This document shows, piece after piece, positions 16,612-26,300 of a stretch of DNA of 64,000 nt. This DNA comes from an uncultured Candidatus Saccharibacteria bacterium (GTDB taxonomy: Bacteria > Patescibacteriota > Minisyncoccia > Phycocordibacterales > JACOZG01): the NCBI GenBank assembly GCA_964648765.1, contig CAZYLF010000001.1:357797-421796 (forward strand), read 5' to 3'. Position 1 is the first letter of the stretch. Every line of letters begins with the position of its first letter. Below the pieces are notes generated by a model. That model did no database searches and had not been told where the DNA came from. It saw nothing but the letters and a program-made list of their open reading frames with translations. A program made the translations under genes and the position numbers.

Positions 16612-17724
16612 ATGAAAAAACGGATCTATTTAGACACAGCGGCCGGCCTGGCGAACCCCTCAAGTATTCATCAAGAGGGGGTGAAGGCGCGGGCAAAGCT
16701 TGAGGGAGCGCGCAGTGACGTGGCGCGCTTTTTGGGCGCACATGCGGATGAAATTGTCTTCACCTCTGGTGGCACGGAGAGTAATAATTTAGCAGTTTTT
16801 GGCATTGGCGGACCGATCATCACTTCGGTGATTGAGCATCCGTCAATTTTAAACGCGTGTATCAGATTGGAAGGTGCGGGAGAAAAAATTTCTTACTTGC
16901 CAGTGAATTCTGACGGCTTAATTGATCCGAGAATTTTAGCGGATAAATTAAAACCCGACACGCGCCTGGTGACACTACATTACGCCAACAGCGAGATCGG
17001 CGTGGTGCAACCAATCGCGGAAATTGCCAAAGTGATTCGTAAACATCGAAAATTTAATTCCACAAATTTTCCTTACCTTCATCTCGACGCTTGTCAGGCC
17101 ACAAGATTTTATGATCTCAACGTCGCCAAACTTGGTGTGGATCTTTTAACTTTGAATGGTGGGAAAATTTACCCCGCCCCTGGCGGGGTTTACGGACCCG
17201 AAGGCTCAGGCGTGCTCTTTGTGAAGCGGGGGATTAAACTGAAATCAATGTTTGTGGGTGGTGGGCAGGAGAATGGTCGCAGGTCAGGCACAGAAAATTT
17301 GCCGGCGATTGAAGGTTTAGCTAAAGCGCTTAAACTATGTGAGAAATTGCGAGACAAAGAAACTTTAAACCTCACCAAGCTCCGCGATTATTTTATTGAA
17401 AAATTATTAAAAATTCCTGACACCGTTTTAAACGGTAGTGCTAACTTTCGCGCGCCACATAACGTTAACGTTTCCTTTTTAAATACTGATAGTGAGTACG
17501 TGGTGCTCTCTCTTGATGCTAAAGGCGTGGCTTGTTCATCAGGCAGTGCTTGCTCCGCGCGCAGTGAGAGTGCGTCATATGTTCTTAAATCTCTTGGTGT
17601 CGATAACTCCCGCGCGCAATCCGCTGTGCGCTTCACCCTCGGCCGCGACACCACCAAATCCGACTTGAACTACGTCCTCAAAGTTCTACCGCAAATTATC
17701 GCTCGAGGCTGTCAGAAGTTTTAA
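16612..17724 (+). CDS. cysteine desulfurase (class V aminotransferase, NifS/IscS/SufS-type)
   Basis: 370 aa. IYLDTAAG..., FTSGGTESNN, and a PLP-lysine region (LHLDACQATRF...). C-terminal Cys loop SSGSACSA. Confidence 0.85.
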   Translation: MKKRIYLDTAAGLANPSSIHQEGVKARAKLEGARSDVARFLGAHADEIVFTSGGTESNNLAVFGIGGPIITSVIEHPSILNACIRLEGAGEKISYLPVNSDGLIDPRILADKLKPDTRLVTLHYANSEIGVVQPIAEIAKVIRKHRKFNSTNFPYLHLDACQATRFYDLNVAKLGVDLLTLNGGKIYPAPGGVYGPEGSGVLFVKRGIKLKSMFVGGGQENGRRSGTENLPAIEGLAKALKLCEKLRDKETLNLTKLRDYFIEKLLKIPDTVLNGSANFRAPHNVNVSFLNTDSEYVVLSLDAKGVACSSGSACSARSESASYVLKSLGVDNSRAQSAVRFTLGRDTTKSDLNYVLKVLPQIIARGCQKF

Positions 17725-17726
17725 AC

Positions 17727-17760
17727 TTGACACCGGCATTATAGTATGCTAGTTTGATAA
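17727..17760 (+). promoter_or_regulatory. promoter/operator element TTGACA-N5-ATTATAGTATGCTA (member of a recurrent module)
   Basis: TTGACAccggcATTATAGTATGCTAgtttgat. The same 14-mer (14/14) recurs at 58774..58787, and 12/14 at 57866..57879, each 4-5 nt after a TTGACA. Confidence 0.4.
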
Positions 17761-17827
17761 AAGTAAACAAGGAGCAACGTGCTCAGAATTTAAGGAATAG
17801 GATCTTTTAAAAGAGAGAGGAAAACCC

Positions 17828-18211
17828 ATGAACGGGATAAAGAGTCGGGAGGCATTTCCTAAGGTCACTGAGGCAACAAAGGATGGCTGGAAGATGACAG
17901 TTAGCTGCGTGGGGGTATACACCGAATTTGTTCAATATGTGGCGCAAGCCGGAGATCCGAAGGGCACAATAACCCTAGAAGGCCCAAATGGTATCAAAAT
18001 CTCAATTGGAAAGGGTCGGGGAAGTTGCCCATGTTGCGGTGGCTTTGGCAGACAAGTCCCAGTTAATCTAAACAAAGGAAGGGAGTTGGTTGACACCCGA
18101 ATACGAAATGAAATTCGGGACCGTTACAACGTCGAACCAGATCGTGATTTCCTCTTAAGTTTGGGTAAGGAGGCTTTTGCTCCGTATAATCTATACGGCC
18201 ACGAGTTCTAG
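17828..18211 (+). CDS. hypothetical small protein with a CPCCGG Cys-knuckle motif (GC3-rich codon usage)
   Basis: 127 aa with its own promoter module and a strong terminator. Motif GRGSCPCCGGFGRQVPVNL. No TM. Confidence 0.45.
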   Translation: MNGIKSREAFPKVTEATKDGWKMTVSCVGVYTEFVQYVAQAGDPKGTITLEGPNGIKISIGKGRGSCPCCGGFGRQVPVNLNKGRELVDTRIRNEIRDRYNVEPDRDFLLSLGKEAFAPYNLYGHEF

Positions 18212-18222
18212 AATTGAAAATG

Positions 18223-18259
18223 TCGCCCGTGACTGAAAAGTCACGGGCGATTTTTGTTT
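18223..18259 (+). terminator. strong rho-independent terminator (tcgcccgtgact GAAA agtcacgggcga plus TTTTTGTTT)
   Basis: Perfect 12-bp stem, GAAA tetraloop, U-tract. Confidence 0.8.
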
Positions 18260-18362
18260 GAAGTTATCTTTGTTTCTGTTTGACAGTAATATTTAGAACT
18301 GTTAATCTTGAAATCGCTTTTCTTTTTTTTGCTCTTTCTTTTTTTTTGACAGGAGGTCAGGC

Positions 18363-18596
18363 GTGAGTGCAATCAGTTTTGTTGGCTATGTGAAGCTTCC
18401 TATCGGCAGTGACGAAACCGTAGTGGCCATCTTTGACGGCCCAGAGGGACGCTTTCAGCGTACCTCAGCTGGCGTGGCAAAGTTAGCCAGAAGCAATCCC
18501 AAGATTGCGGGGTTGATTGCTGATGTGGTGAAAAGGTGGCCAGATCAATTCGAGAGAAGGGTTCTCGCTAGCTCTCTTCCACGTCACGTGCGTTAG
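18363..18596 (+). CDS. hypothetical small protein (GTG start, SD ACAGGAGG)
   Basis: 77 aa. SD GACAGGAGGTCAGGC lies before GTG 18363. Preceded by a T-rich tract and followed by its own terminator. Confidence 0.4.
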   Translation: MSAISFVGYVKLPIGSDETVVAIFDGPEGRFQRTSAGVAKLARSNPKIAGLIADVVKRWPDQFERRVLASSLPRHVR

Positions 18597-18624
18597 TGTT
18601 TCCTATTTGTCGTAGTTAAATTTT

Positions 18625-18660
18625 CCCCGCGGTCGTTCCACGACCGCGGGGTTTTCATTT
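18625..18660 (+). terminator. strong rho-independent terminator (ccccgcggtcg TTCCA cgaccgcgggg plus TTTTCATTTT)
   Basis: Perfect 11-bp GC stem with a U-tract. Confidence 0.8.
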
Positions 18661-18683
18661 TAAATTTATGCTAAAATAAATTC

Positions 18684-19274
18684 ATGCAAACATTACCTAA
18701 ATTGAAGTTTGAATATAATGCCCTGGAGCCGTACTTTGATGAGGCCACAATGAAGCTTCATCACACCAAGCATCATCAAACATATGTGGATAAGTTGAAT
18801 GAAGCGCTCGCTAAACATCCAGAATTGGCGGAGAAAAATTTAGAAGAACTTCTTGCCGATTTAAATAAAGTGCCGGAAGATATTCGTGGTGCAGTCAGGA
18901 ATCATGGTGGTGGTCATTTTAACCACACTTTTTTCTGGGACATTCTTAAACCAAATTCTGACGGGAAAGTCTCAATGCCGGAAGGGGAGATGTTAGAGAA
19001 AATCAACGCCAGTTTTGAAAGCTTTGAGAATTTCCAAAAGTTGTTTAAGGAAGCAGCACTCGCGCGCTTCGGCAGTGGCTGGGTGTGGCTCGTGGCTGAT
19101 GCAAATGATGAATTTAAAATTATCACCACGGCTAATCAAGACACGCCGCTTGAACTTAAGATGATCCCAATTATTGGTCTCGATGTGTGGGAGCATGCTT
19201 ATTATTTAAAATACCAAAATCGCCGCGCGGAATTTATTGACGCCTTCTTTTATTTGATTGACTGGAGCGTGTGA
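18684..19274 (+). CDS. sodA: Fe/Mn superoxide dismutase
   Basis: 196 aa with metal ligands and signatures: [32 protein letters not shown]. Confidence 0.9.
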   Translation: MQTLPKLKFEYNALEPYFDEATMKLHHTKHHQTYVDKLNEALAKHPELAEKNLEELLADLNKVPEDIRGAVRNHGGGHFNHTFFWDILKPNSDGKVSMPEGEMLEKINASFESFENFQKLFKEAALARFGSGWVWLVADANDEFKIITTANQDTPLELKMIPIIGLDVWEHAYYLKYQNRRAEFIDAFFYLIDWSV

Positions 19275-19293
19275 GAGTGGTAAATTCAAGTTA

Positions 19294-20088
19294 ATGAATA
19301 TTGACGACTTAAATAAAAATCAAATCGTACTCTTGGTTCTTTTAGTTAGCTTTGTTACCTCAATTGCTACTGGCATTGTGACGGTGACGCTTATGGATCA
19401 AGCTCCCGCTGGTGTAACTCAAACTATTAATCGTGTGGTGGAGCGCACTGTGGAACGCGTGGTGCCAGGACCCACTCAAACCGCCACGGTGATTAAGGAG
19501 GTGCCGGTAATAATTACTGAAGAAGATCAGATCATCAGTGCAATTAAAAATTCTGAACCAGCAATTTTAAAGGTTGTTGCGGCAAATGATCCAGAAAAAA
19601 TGATTAGCTCTGGTTTCATTTTTTCTGATGATGGTTTGGTGGCCACCATTATGGACGCCTCCACTTCAAGCTCTAAAAAAATTAAATACCAAGCAATTTT
19701 AGCAAATGGAGACAAAAAGGATCTTGAATTTGTGCGAGAGGTTTCCGGAATTATGGTGATGCGTTTGCCACATACTGAAGTTGCCACAGATAAATTTACG
19801 TTTCTTGAACTAGCCGATGGTGAGCTTTCAGTGGGGCAAACTGTGCTTGCGATTGGCGCGCCACTTTCGTCATCTGAACCAAATATTTCAATTTCTAAAA
19901 TTGGCGCCATTTTAATGGGCAACGCTAGTTCAACACCTGAAATTAAAACTATCGCCGCCAGTCGCGAGAATTTTGGTGGCCCAGTTTTAAATATTAAGGG
20001 CAAAGTGGTGGGCATCAGCAAGGGCGCTGGACTTGCCACCAATTCCCAAGTCATTATGGCCCCACTTGCGAGCGCTGACACCATTTAG
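19294..20088 (+). CDS. membrane-anchored trypsin-fold (HtrA/DegP-like S1C) protein whose catalytic triad appears lost (pseudoprotease)
   Basis: Start is the internal ATG at 19294, read as MNIDDLNKNQIV. TM anchor, then a chymotrypsin-like fold, but the GNSGGP box reads ENFGGPVLN (Ser to Phe). The His (TNxHV to TIMDAS) and Asp positions are also substituted. Confidence 0.5.
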   Translation: MNIDDLNKNQIVLLVLLVSFVTSIATGIVTVTLMDQAPAGVTQTINRVVERTVERVVPGPTQTATVIKEVPVIITEEDQIISAIKNSEPAILKVVAANDPEKMISSGFIFSDDGLVATIMDASTSSSKKIKYQAILANGDKKDLEFVREVSGIMVMRLPHTEVATDKFTFLELADGELSVGQTVLAIGAPLSSSEPNISISKIGAILMGNASSTPEIKTIAASRENFGGPVLNIKGKVVGISKGAGLATNSQVIMAPLASADTI

Positions 20089-20112
20089 CCCTTAGAACGT
20101 TATAATACATAT

Positions 20113-22815
20113 ATGCCACCATTTGGTAATTTTACGTCTAAAGCAAAGGAGGTAATCCGCAAGAGCCAGGAGTTGGCTGTGGAGCGCGGGCAAAATCAAG
20201 TTAGTCCTGTGCATCTTTTGGCGTCTCTATTAATCCAAGATGAGAGTGTGATGGTGTCAATTTTAGATAAGATAGAAGTGGATACTGTGATGCTCACAGA
20301 TTTTGTAATTGAGAGTTTGGATGGCAATGAGTCTGGTGCGGTGATTTCTCCTTCATATCAACTTTATCTCACGCCAGAGCTCGTAAGAATTTTCGACACT
20401 TCAGGCAAAATTGCTTCCAACATGCAGGATGAGTTTGTCTCAACTGAGCATTTAATTTTGGCAATTTTAGAAAGCCCAAATCCAGCTCACGAGATTTTGG
20501 CCCGCTTCCGCGTAAGTAAAGATAAGGTGTGGCGGATTATTCAAGAAATTCGTTCAGGAAAAATTCGTGACGTAGGTGAGAATAAACGCTTACGTTCGAT
20601 TGAAAAGTTTACCAAAAATCTCACCGACCTCGCCCGGCAAGACAAACTTGACCCGGTAATTGGCAGAGAGGAGGAGACTCAAAGAGTGATGGAGATTCTC
20701 TCGCGCCGTACTAAAAATAATCCAATTTTAATTGGTGAAGCCGGCACGGGTAAAACGGCAATCGCTGAAGGCTTGGCAATTAAAATTGCAAAAGGTGATG
20801 TGCCAGAATCTTTACGGGACAAAGATCTAGTTTCTCTGGACCTCGGACTTTTGGTGGCCGGTACTAAATATCGCGGTGAGTTTGAGGAGCGTTTAAAAAA
20901 TGTGTTGAAGGAGGTGGAGAAAGCCCAAAACAAAATTATTTTATTTATCGACGAGATCCATACTATTGTGGGCGCTGGTGCCGCTGAAGGAGCGATTGAT
21001 GCTTCCAACATGCTCAAGCCAGCCTTGGCGCGCGGTGAGCTCCGAGCGATTGGTGCCACCACGCTTAAGGAATATCAAAAGCATATTGAACGTGATCAAG
21101 CACTCACACGCCGTTTTCAACCGGTGCTTGTGGAGGAACCAGCCGTGGATGATGCGGTGGCAATTTTGCGTGGTTTAAAAGATAAGTATGAATCGCATCA
21201 CGGTGTGCATATTACTGATGAGGCGCTTGTGTCTGCGGTTAATCTCTCAAGTCGCTATATTACTGACCGCTTTTTGCCAGACAAGGCTATTGATTTAGTA
21301 GATGAAGCTTGCTCGGCACTGAGATTACAACTTGAAAATAAACCCGCCTCACTTGATGTGGCGCAGACTAAAATTATGCGCTTGGAGGTGGAGCGCGAAG
21401 CACTTAAAAAAGAAATTTTAAGTAAGGATGATAAAAAGTTAAAAAATCGCATCCAGGTGGTGGAGCGAGCCATTGAGGAACTTAAAGAGTCTACTCGTGA
21501 GCTTGAACTGAAGTGGAAAAATGAAAAGCAAGTGATCAATGAAATTAAAACTCTAAAGCTCGAGCTTGAAACTTTGCGCCTCGAGGCCGATCAGGCCGAG
21601 ATGAAGTCCGACCTTACTCGCGCCGCCGAAATTCGCTATGGAAGAATCCCGGCGATAGATAAAGAATTAAAGTTAAAAAAGACCCGTCTTAAAAAACTCC
21701 AAAGCTCGCGCAAAATCTTAAAGGAGGAAATTACTGGTGAAGACATCGCGCGCGTGGTGGCGCGTTGGACCCACATCCCCGTGATGCGCATGCTTGAAGA
21801 AGAGTCAGAAAAATTAGGAAGAATTGAGGATTCGCTCAAATCGCGCGTGCGCGGACAAAATGATGCCGTGCGGAAAATCGCTGAAGCTATTAAACGTTCA
21901 CGCGCCGGCATTTCTGACCCTGATCGCCCAATTGGCTCATTTATTTTGCTCGGACCAACCGGCGTGGGTAAAACTGAATTGGCTAAAACTATCGCCAACT
22001 TTATGTTTGATGATGATAAGTCATTGATCCGTATTGATATGTCGGAATACATGGAGAAGTATTCTGTTTCAAAATTAATTGGTTCACCGCCGGGTTACGT
22101 GGGTCACGATGAGGGTGGTGCGCTCACGGAGGTGGTGCGTCACCGACCTTATTCGGTGTTACTTTTTGACGAAATTGAAAAGGCTCACCCAGAAGTTTTC
22201 AACATTTTACTTCAAGTACTCGATAACGGCCGACTTACCGACTCTAAAGGCCGCGTGGTTAACTTTAAAAACACCATCATTATCCTCACTTCAAACATTG
22301 GGAGCGAGTTTATGAACAAGATGAATAAAATCGGCTTCGTCTCTGATGGCGAGTCGCGGACTCAATATGTGGATGTGAAAACTAAAATTATGGAAAGTTT
22401 AAAAAATCATTTCCGACCAGAATTCTTAAACCGCTTGGATGATGTGATTATTTTTGATCCGCTCTCACAAGACACAATTAAAGAAATTGTGGAACTCCAA
22501 GTTAATTTGGTGCGCAAGCGTTTAGCTGATAAAAATCTGGAGTTAGAAATTACGCCCGAGATGCATGAGTACTTGGCTCGAGAGGGTTACTCGCATGAGT
22601 ATGGGGTGCGACCACTTAAACGCTTGATTCAAAATAAAATTTTAAATCCCGTGGCTGAGTTTATTATTGCTCGCAAAGTTGAGGGTGGGGGATTAATCTC
22701 TGTGGGAGTTAAGGAAGGCCAACCTAATGTTGAAATCAAAAAAGTTTTCACCATTGAGCGCTCTCCGCGTCCTAAAACCAAAAAAGAATCAAATCTCGCT
22801 GGAGTTACGGCTTAA
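20113..22815 (+). CDS. clpB: ClpB disaggregase (AAA+ chaperone with two NBDs and an M-domain)
   Basis: 900 aa. Clp-N repeats. D1 Walker A GEAGTGKT and Walker [10 protein letters not shown]. Long coiled-coil M-domain. D2 Walker A GPTGVGKT and Walker [12 protein letters not shown]. No ClpP-binding IGF loop. Confidence 0.9.
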   Translation: MPPFGNFTSKAKEVIRKSQELAVERGQNQVSPVHLLASLLIQDESVMVSILDKIEVDTVMLTDFVIESLDGNESGAVISPSYQLYLTPELVRIFDTSGKIASNMQDEFVSTEHLILAILESPNPAHEILARFRVSKDKVWRIIQEIRSGKIRDVGENKRLRSIEKFTKNLTDLARQDKLDPVIGREEETQRVMEILSRRTKNNPILIGEAGTGKTAIAEGLAIKIAKGDVPESLRDKDLVSLDLGLLVAGTKYRGEFEERLKNVLKEVEKAQNKIILFIDEIHTIVGAGAAEGAIDASNMLKPALARGELRAIGATTLKEYQKHIERDQALTRRFQPVLVEEPAVDDAVAILRGLKDKYESHHGVHITDEALVSAVNLSSRYITDRFLPDKAIDLVDEACSALRLQLENKPASLDVAQTKIMRLEVEREALKKEILSKDDKKLKNRIQVVERAIEELKESTRELELKWKNEKQVINEIKTLKLELETLRLEADQAEMKSDLTRAAEIRYGRIPAIDKELKLKKTRLKKLQSSRKILKEEITGEDIARVVARWTHIPVMRMLEEESEKLGRIEDSLKSRVRGQNDAVRKIAEAIKRSRAGISDPDRPIGSFILLGPTGVGKTELAKTIANFMFDDDKSLIRIDMSEYMEKYSVSKLIGSPPGYVGHDEGGALTEVVRHRPYSVLLFDEIEKAHPEVFNILLQVLDNGRLTDSKGRVVNFKNTIIILTSNIGSEFMNKMNKIGFVSDGESRTQYVDVKTKIMESLKNHFRPEFLNRLDDVIIFDPLSQDTIKEIVELQVNLVRKRLADKNLELEITPEMHEYLAREGYSHEYGVRPLKRLIQNKILNPVAEFIIARKVEGGGLISVGVKEGQPNVEIKKVFTIERSPRPKTKKESNLAGVTA

Positions 22816-22830
22816 AAAATACAAAATAAA

Positions 22831-22866
22831 AGGGGCACGCAAGAAATTTTCTGCGTACCCCTTTTG
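22831..22866. terminator. bidirectional terminator hairpin between clpB (+) and a convergent lipoprotein gene (-)
   Basis: aggggcacgca...tgcgtacccct stem with one mismatch. Flanked by A-run and T-run. Confidence 0.55.
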
Positions 22867-22884
22867 ACATGAATCAGCCGGTAA

Positions 22885-23187
22885 TTACTTACGACGTGAC
22901 TTGCGCGTAGTACTTGTGCTCCCTTCAAACAAAATGCCCGCACCGATCACGAAGCCAAAATCATACCAGCCACCATTGTTGTGAACTTCATAGATGCTCA
23001 CGTTGTCCGTGAAGAGCGAGATGATAAAGGTAAACCCTGAGATCATCCCATGCCACAGACCCATCCAGAAGCCGACCACTCCACCCACTGCAGGTGCTGT
23101 ATTAGTCAGAGTATTGGGTCCTGCGGCGCAACCCGTCAAGAGCAAAAGGCATGAAAATAGGACACAAATTACCAGTGCTTTCTTCAT
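22885..23187 (-). CDS. small lipoprotein with two hydrophobic helices
   Basis: Start is the internal ATG at 23187, read as MKKALVICVLFSCLLLLTGC with lipobox LTGC, and has SD GGAGATTGAAG. About 100 aa. Confidence 0.5.
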   Translation of the reverse strand: MKKALVICVLFSCLLLLTGCAAGPNTLTNTAPAVGGVVGFWMGLWHGMISGFTFIISLFTDNVSIYEVHNNGGWYDFGFVIGAGILFEGSTSTTRKSRRK

Positions 23188-23374
23188 CTTCAATCTCCAT
23201 TTGTATTTAGAACAAGGTCGCAGGTCCATCCTGCTACTGCCCTACATTATAGCAAGTTTAATTAATATGTCAAGTATTAAATTTATCCTTTGTTTGTATG
23301 GTTAAAATGGCTTATAATATTTCTAAATATAAAAGGGAGGCTTATTAATAAGGCGGAGTATTTAGAATATATAA

Positions 23375-26300
23375 ATGAATAAAATGAGCATGAAGGTTTT
23401 GGTCACATTAGTGATAGTTTTGGTGGTGGGTTTTGGGGTTTATTTTGCTTTGCCTTATCTCAATATTTCTCCCTCAGGCGCGTCGGCGCAAGTGGTGCAA
23501 TCTCGACTTGTACCAGAGAAGGTTTCAACCTCCGCGCCAATTTCTGTGGCTATACCAAATTCACTTGAAGCAAATGTAGTAGAGCAAGTAGTTTTTGAAC
23601 CTCAAATTTCTGGTAGATGGCAAGCTGATGAAGCGGGTAAGTTGGTGACGGTAAGCGATTCAAAATCCAAAACCAAAATTTATTATTTCCAACCAAGTAG
23701 AGAACTTGAACTTGGTAAATATTATGCGGCCAAAGTTAATATTTCCGCAGACCAAATCCTCTCAGAGGATTTTTTAGTTGCGCCTGATCCAGAGATTTTG
23801 GCAATTTTACCTGCTGATGAAGAGGTGTTGCCAGAGACTAAAATTACTATTTCATTTAGTCGTCCGATGGTGCCGCTTAGTCGCTTAGATGAATTTGTAA
23901 ATGAATCACTCCCCGTAACCGTTACTCCAATAACTGAAGGGCGCTTTAAATGGATCAACACCAGCACTTTGCAATTTATCCCAAGTGAAAAGTTAATTTC
24001 TTCAGCGCGATATCAAGTTTCAGTGGGTGAGGGGTTGCGGTCAATTGAGGGTTTAGCGGTTAAGCCCAAAAGTGCCACATTTACTACCTACCAATTAGGT
24101 TACCTAAAAACAAATGAAGAATATTTTGGTTCCGGTATTGTGCGCGGGTACAATCAGCCATTTATAATTCGTTTTAATCAGGGTGTGGATTTAGAAAAAA
24201 CTAAACCCAACATTTCAATTGTAAGTAATGGCAAGAGCATACCTTTTTCTGTTTCTTATGCGGAAAAGTTAGTTGATGATAAAAAAATTACTGATTTTAA
24301 TACTCTGGAACTTCATCCTGAGGGTGAGGGTGGCCGTTGGCAAACCAAACAAAGTTATGCGGTTAGGGTAAATAAGGCTTACCCCAAATCTGGTGGGGAT
24401 ATCATTATTGATCAACCTTCAGTTGTAAATTATCAGGTGGGGAGCGTGATCAGCAGCTCAAACGTGGTGTCACCACGCGGCCAAGTGGAGATGGATAGCT
24501 TTGATCCGATGGGTACACTTGAGGTGAGTTTTTATGAAGATATTGATTTGGACAGAAGCAGGATTGCGAGTGCAAAAATTTCAAAGATTGTGTATGGCGA
24601 AAAGTGTGACGAAACTTCACCTCGTAAATGTGTAAAAGTACCAAACAAAAAGCAAATTATTATTTCTTTTAAATCTAATCTTAAACCATCAGAAAAGTTC
24701 GCGGTGACATTTGAAAAAGTCATTTCAGCAAATGGCGATAATTTAGGTGATGAAGCCGAGATAATAAATTTAAAGGTTTATGATCCGTTAGTTATTTATA
24801 GTATTAGTAGCGGTGATCATCTTGGGCACTTTACTGTTTGTTCAAATAATCCACTTAAGGGCCCCGCCGACGACGGCACGGGCAGTGAATTTAATATCGT
24901 ACCTTCATTTGAGACAAGTAACTTTAATGGATCTTATTTGGTGAGGAGTCAGCAGAATCAGATATGTAAGGTTGGCCAATATTCTAGTACAGTTTCTGGT
25001 TATCTCGTTGGCAGTCAAAAGTATGATGTGAGCGCAAAAATTAAAGACGTATTTGGCGGTGAGGTAAGTGGCACTTACACCTTTACTTCTCGAGCCGTAA
25101 GAGAGAGTGATTATGTAATTTTGAGTCATCAACAAAGTGGGGTGGTCACCGTGCCTAGCCGCACTAAACTCACTTTTTCTGCTAAATATTTACCGTCAGT
25201 GTCGGTTAGTGTTTGCCGTTTAAGCCCAAGCAATTTTAATCAAGCCCGAGATAGTTATGATGAATCAATCAATCTCCCTTGTGATGAAAAAATTAATAAA
25301 GTAATCCCACTTGTGGTTAATAATCCCGAGAGTCGATTTTTCACTGTTGATCTTAAAGATTATTTCCCAAATGTAATTGGTAATTATTTGGTCACCGTGG
25401 ATAGCTCAATTCCTATTAGTGTCAAAAATTGGCAAAGAAGCGCTCGCACTTTGGTGTCGGTAACCAATTTAATTGTAACTGAAAAGCGGATTAACCCGAG
25501 CGAAAAGGGTGAGTACGATTCTTCAATTCTTAGTGGCGCCCAATTGGGTGAGCTTAAAAATCTTTATTGGGTAATTGATGCAAACACTCGTGAGCCGGTG
25601 GTGGGGGCGATTGTGGGACTTTACCGTAAGGGAGCTTTAGTAAGTAGTTCAGTCACCGATCTTAAAGGTTTGGCATTTATCTCTCCAGTGGCGGGTGCCG
25701 ACATGACGGTGATAACTAGCGGCCAAGACAAAGTTGTTCTCTCAAGCAATTCCTCGTCGCTAAGTTGGGCTTCAAAAGCGGTAAACAATAAACATTATTA
25801 TCTTTACACTGATAAGCCAATTTATCGCCCTGGGCAAGAAGTAAATATAAAAGGATTTTACCGACTTGGTTACGATGGTAATTATCAGGTGCCAGCAGGT
25901 CAAACTGTGCCGCTAAAAATTTCTGATTCTAGCGGAAAAATTATCAAAGAAGAGAATCTTCAAACAAATAGTTACGGGGCGATTGCCACCAATCTTAAGA
26001 TTGAGAGTTCTGCATCGCTTGGGAGTTATCGAGCTTGCGTGGGGTATCAATGTGCCACGTTTGAAGTTCTAAATTACGCTCCAGCCGCGTTTAGGGTAGC
26101 GCTTAGCACAGACGGTGATGAATTTACATTTAGTAATCCACCAAAAGTAAATCTTAAGGCGGACTATTACTTTGGTGTGCCAGTATCGGGAGCTACAGTG
26201 GATTATCATTTAAGTAGTCAGTATTACTACTTTGATAAATTTACTGGTGAGTATTTTAGTTTCAACAATATTTTTGAACAGGATGAAAATGGTTATGGCG

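Noticed and set aside
20679-22052. Several 67-138 aa ORFs on both strands inside clpB
   Set aside because: All are contained within the clpB coding sequence, which is supported end to end by AAA+ motifs. They are shadow frames.
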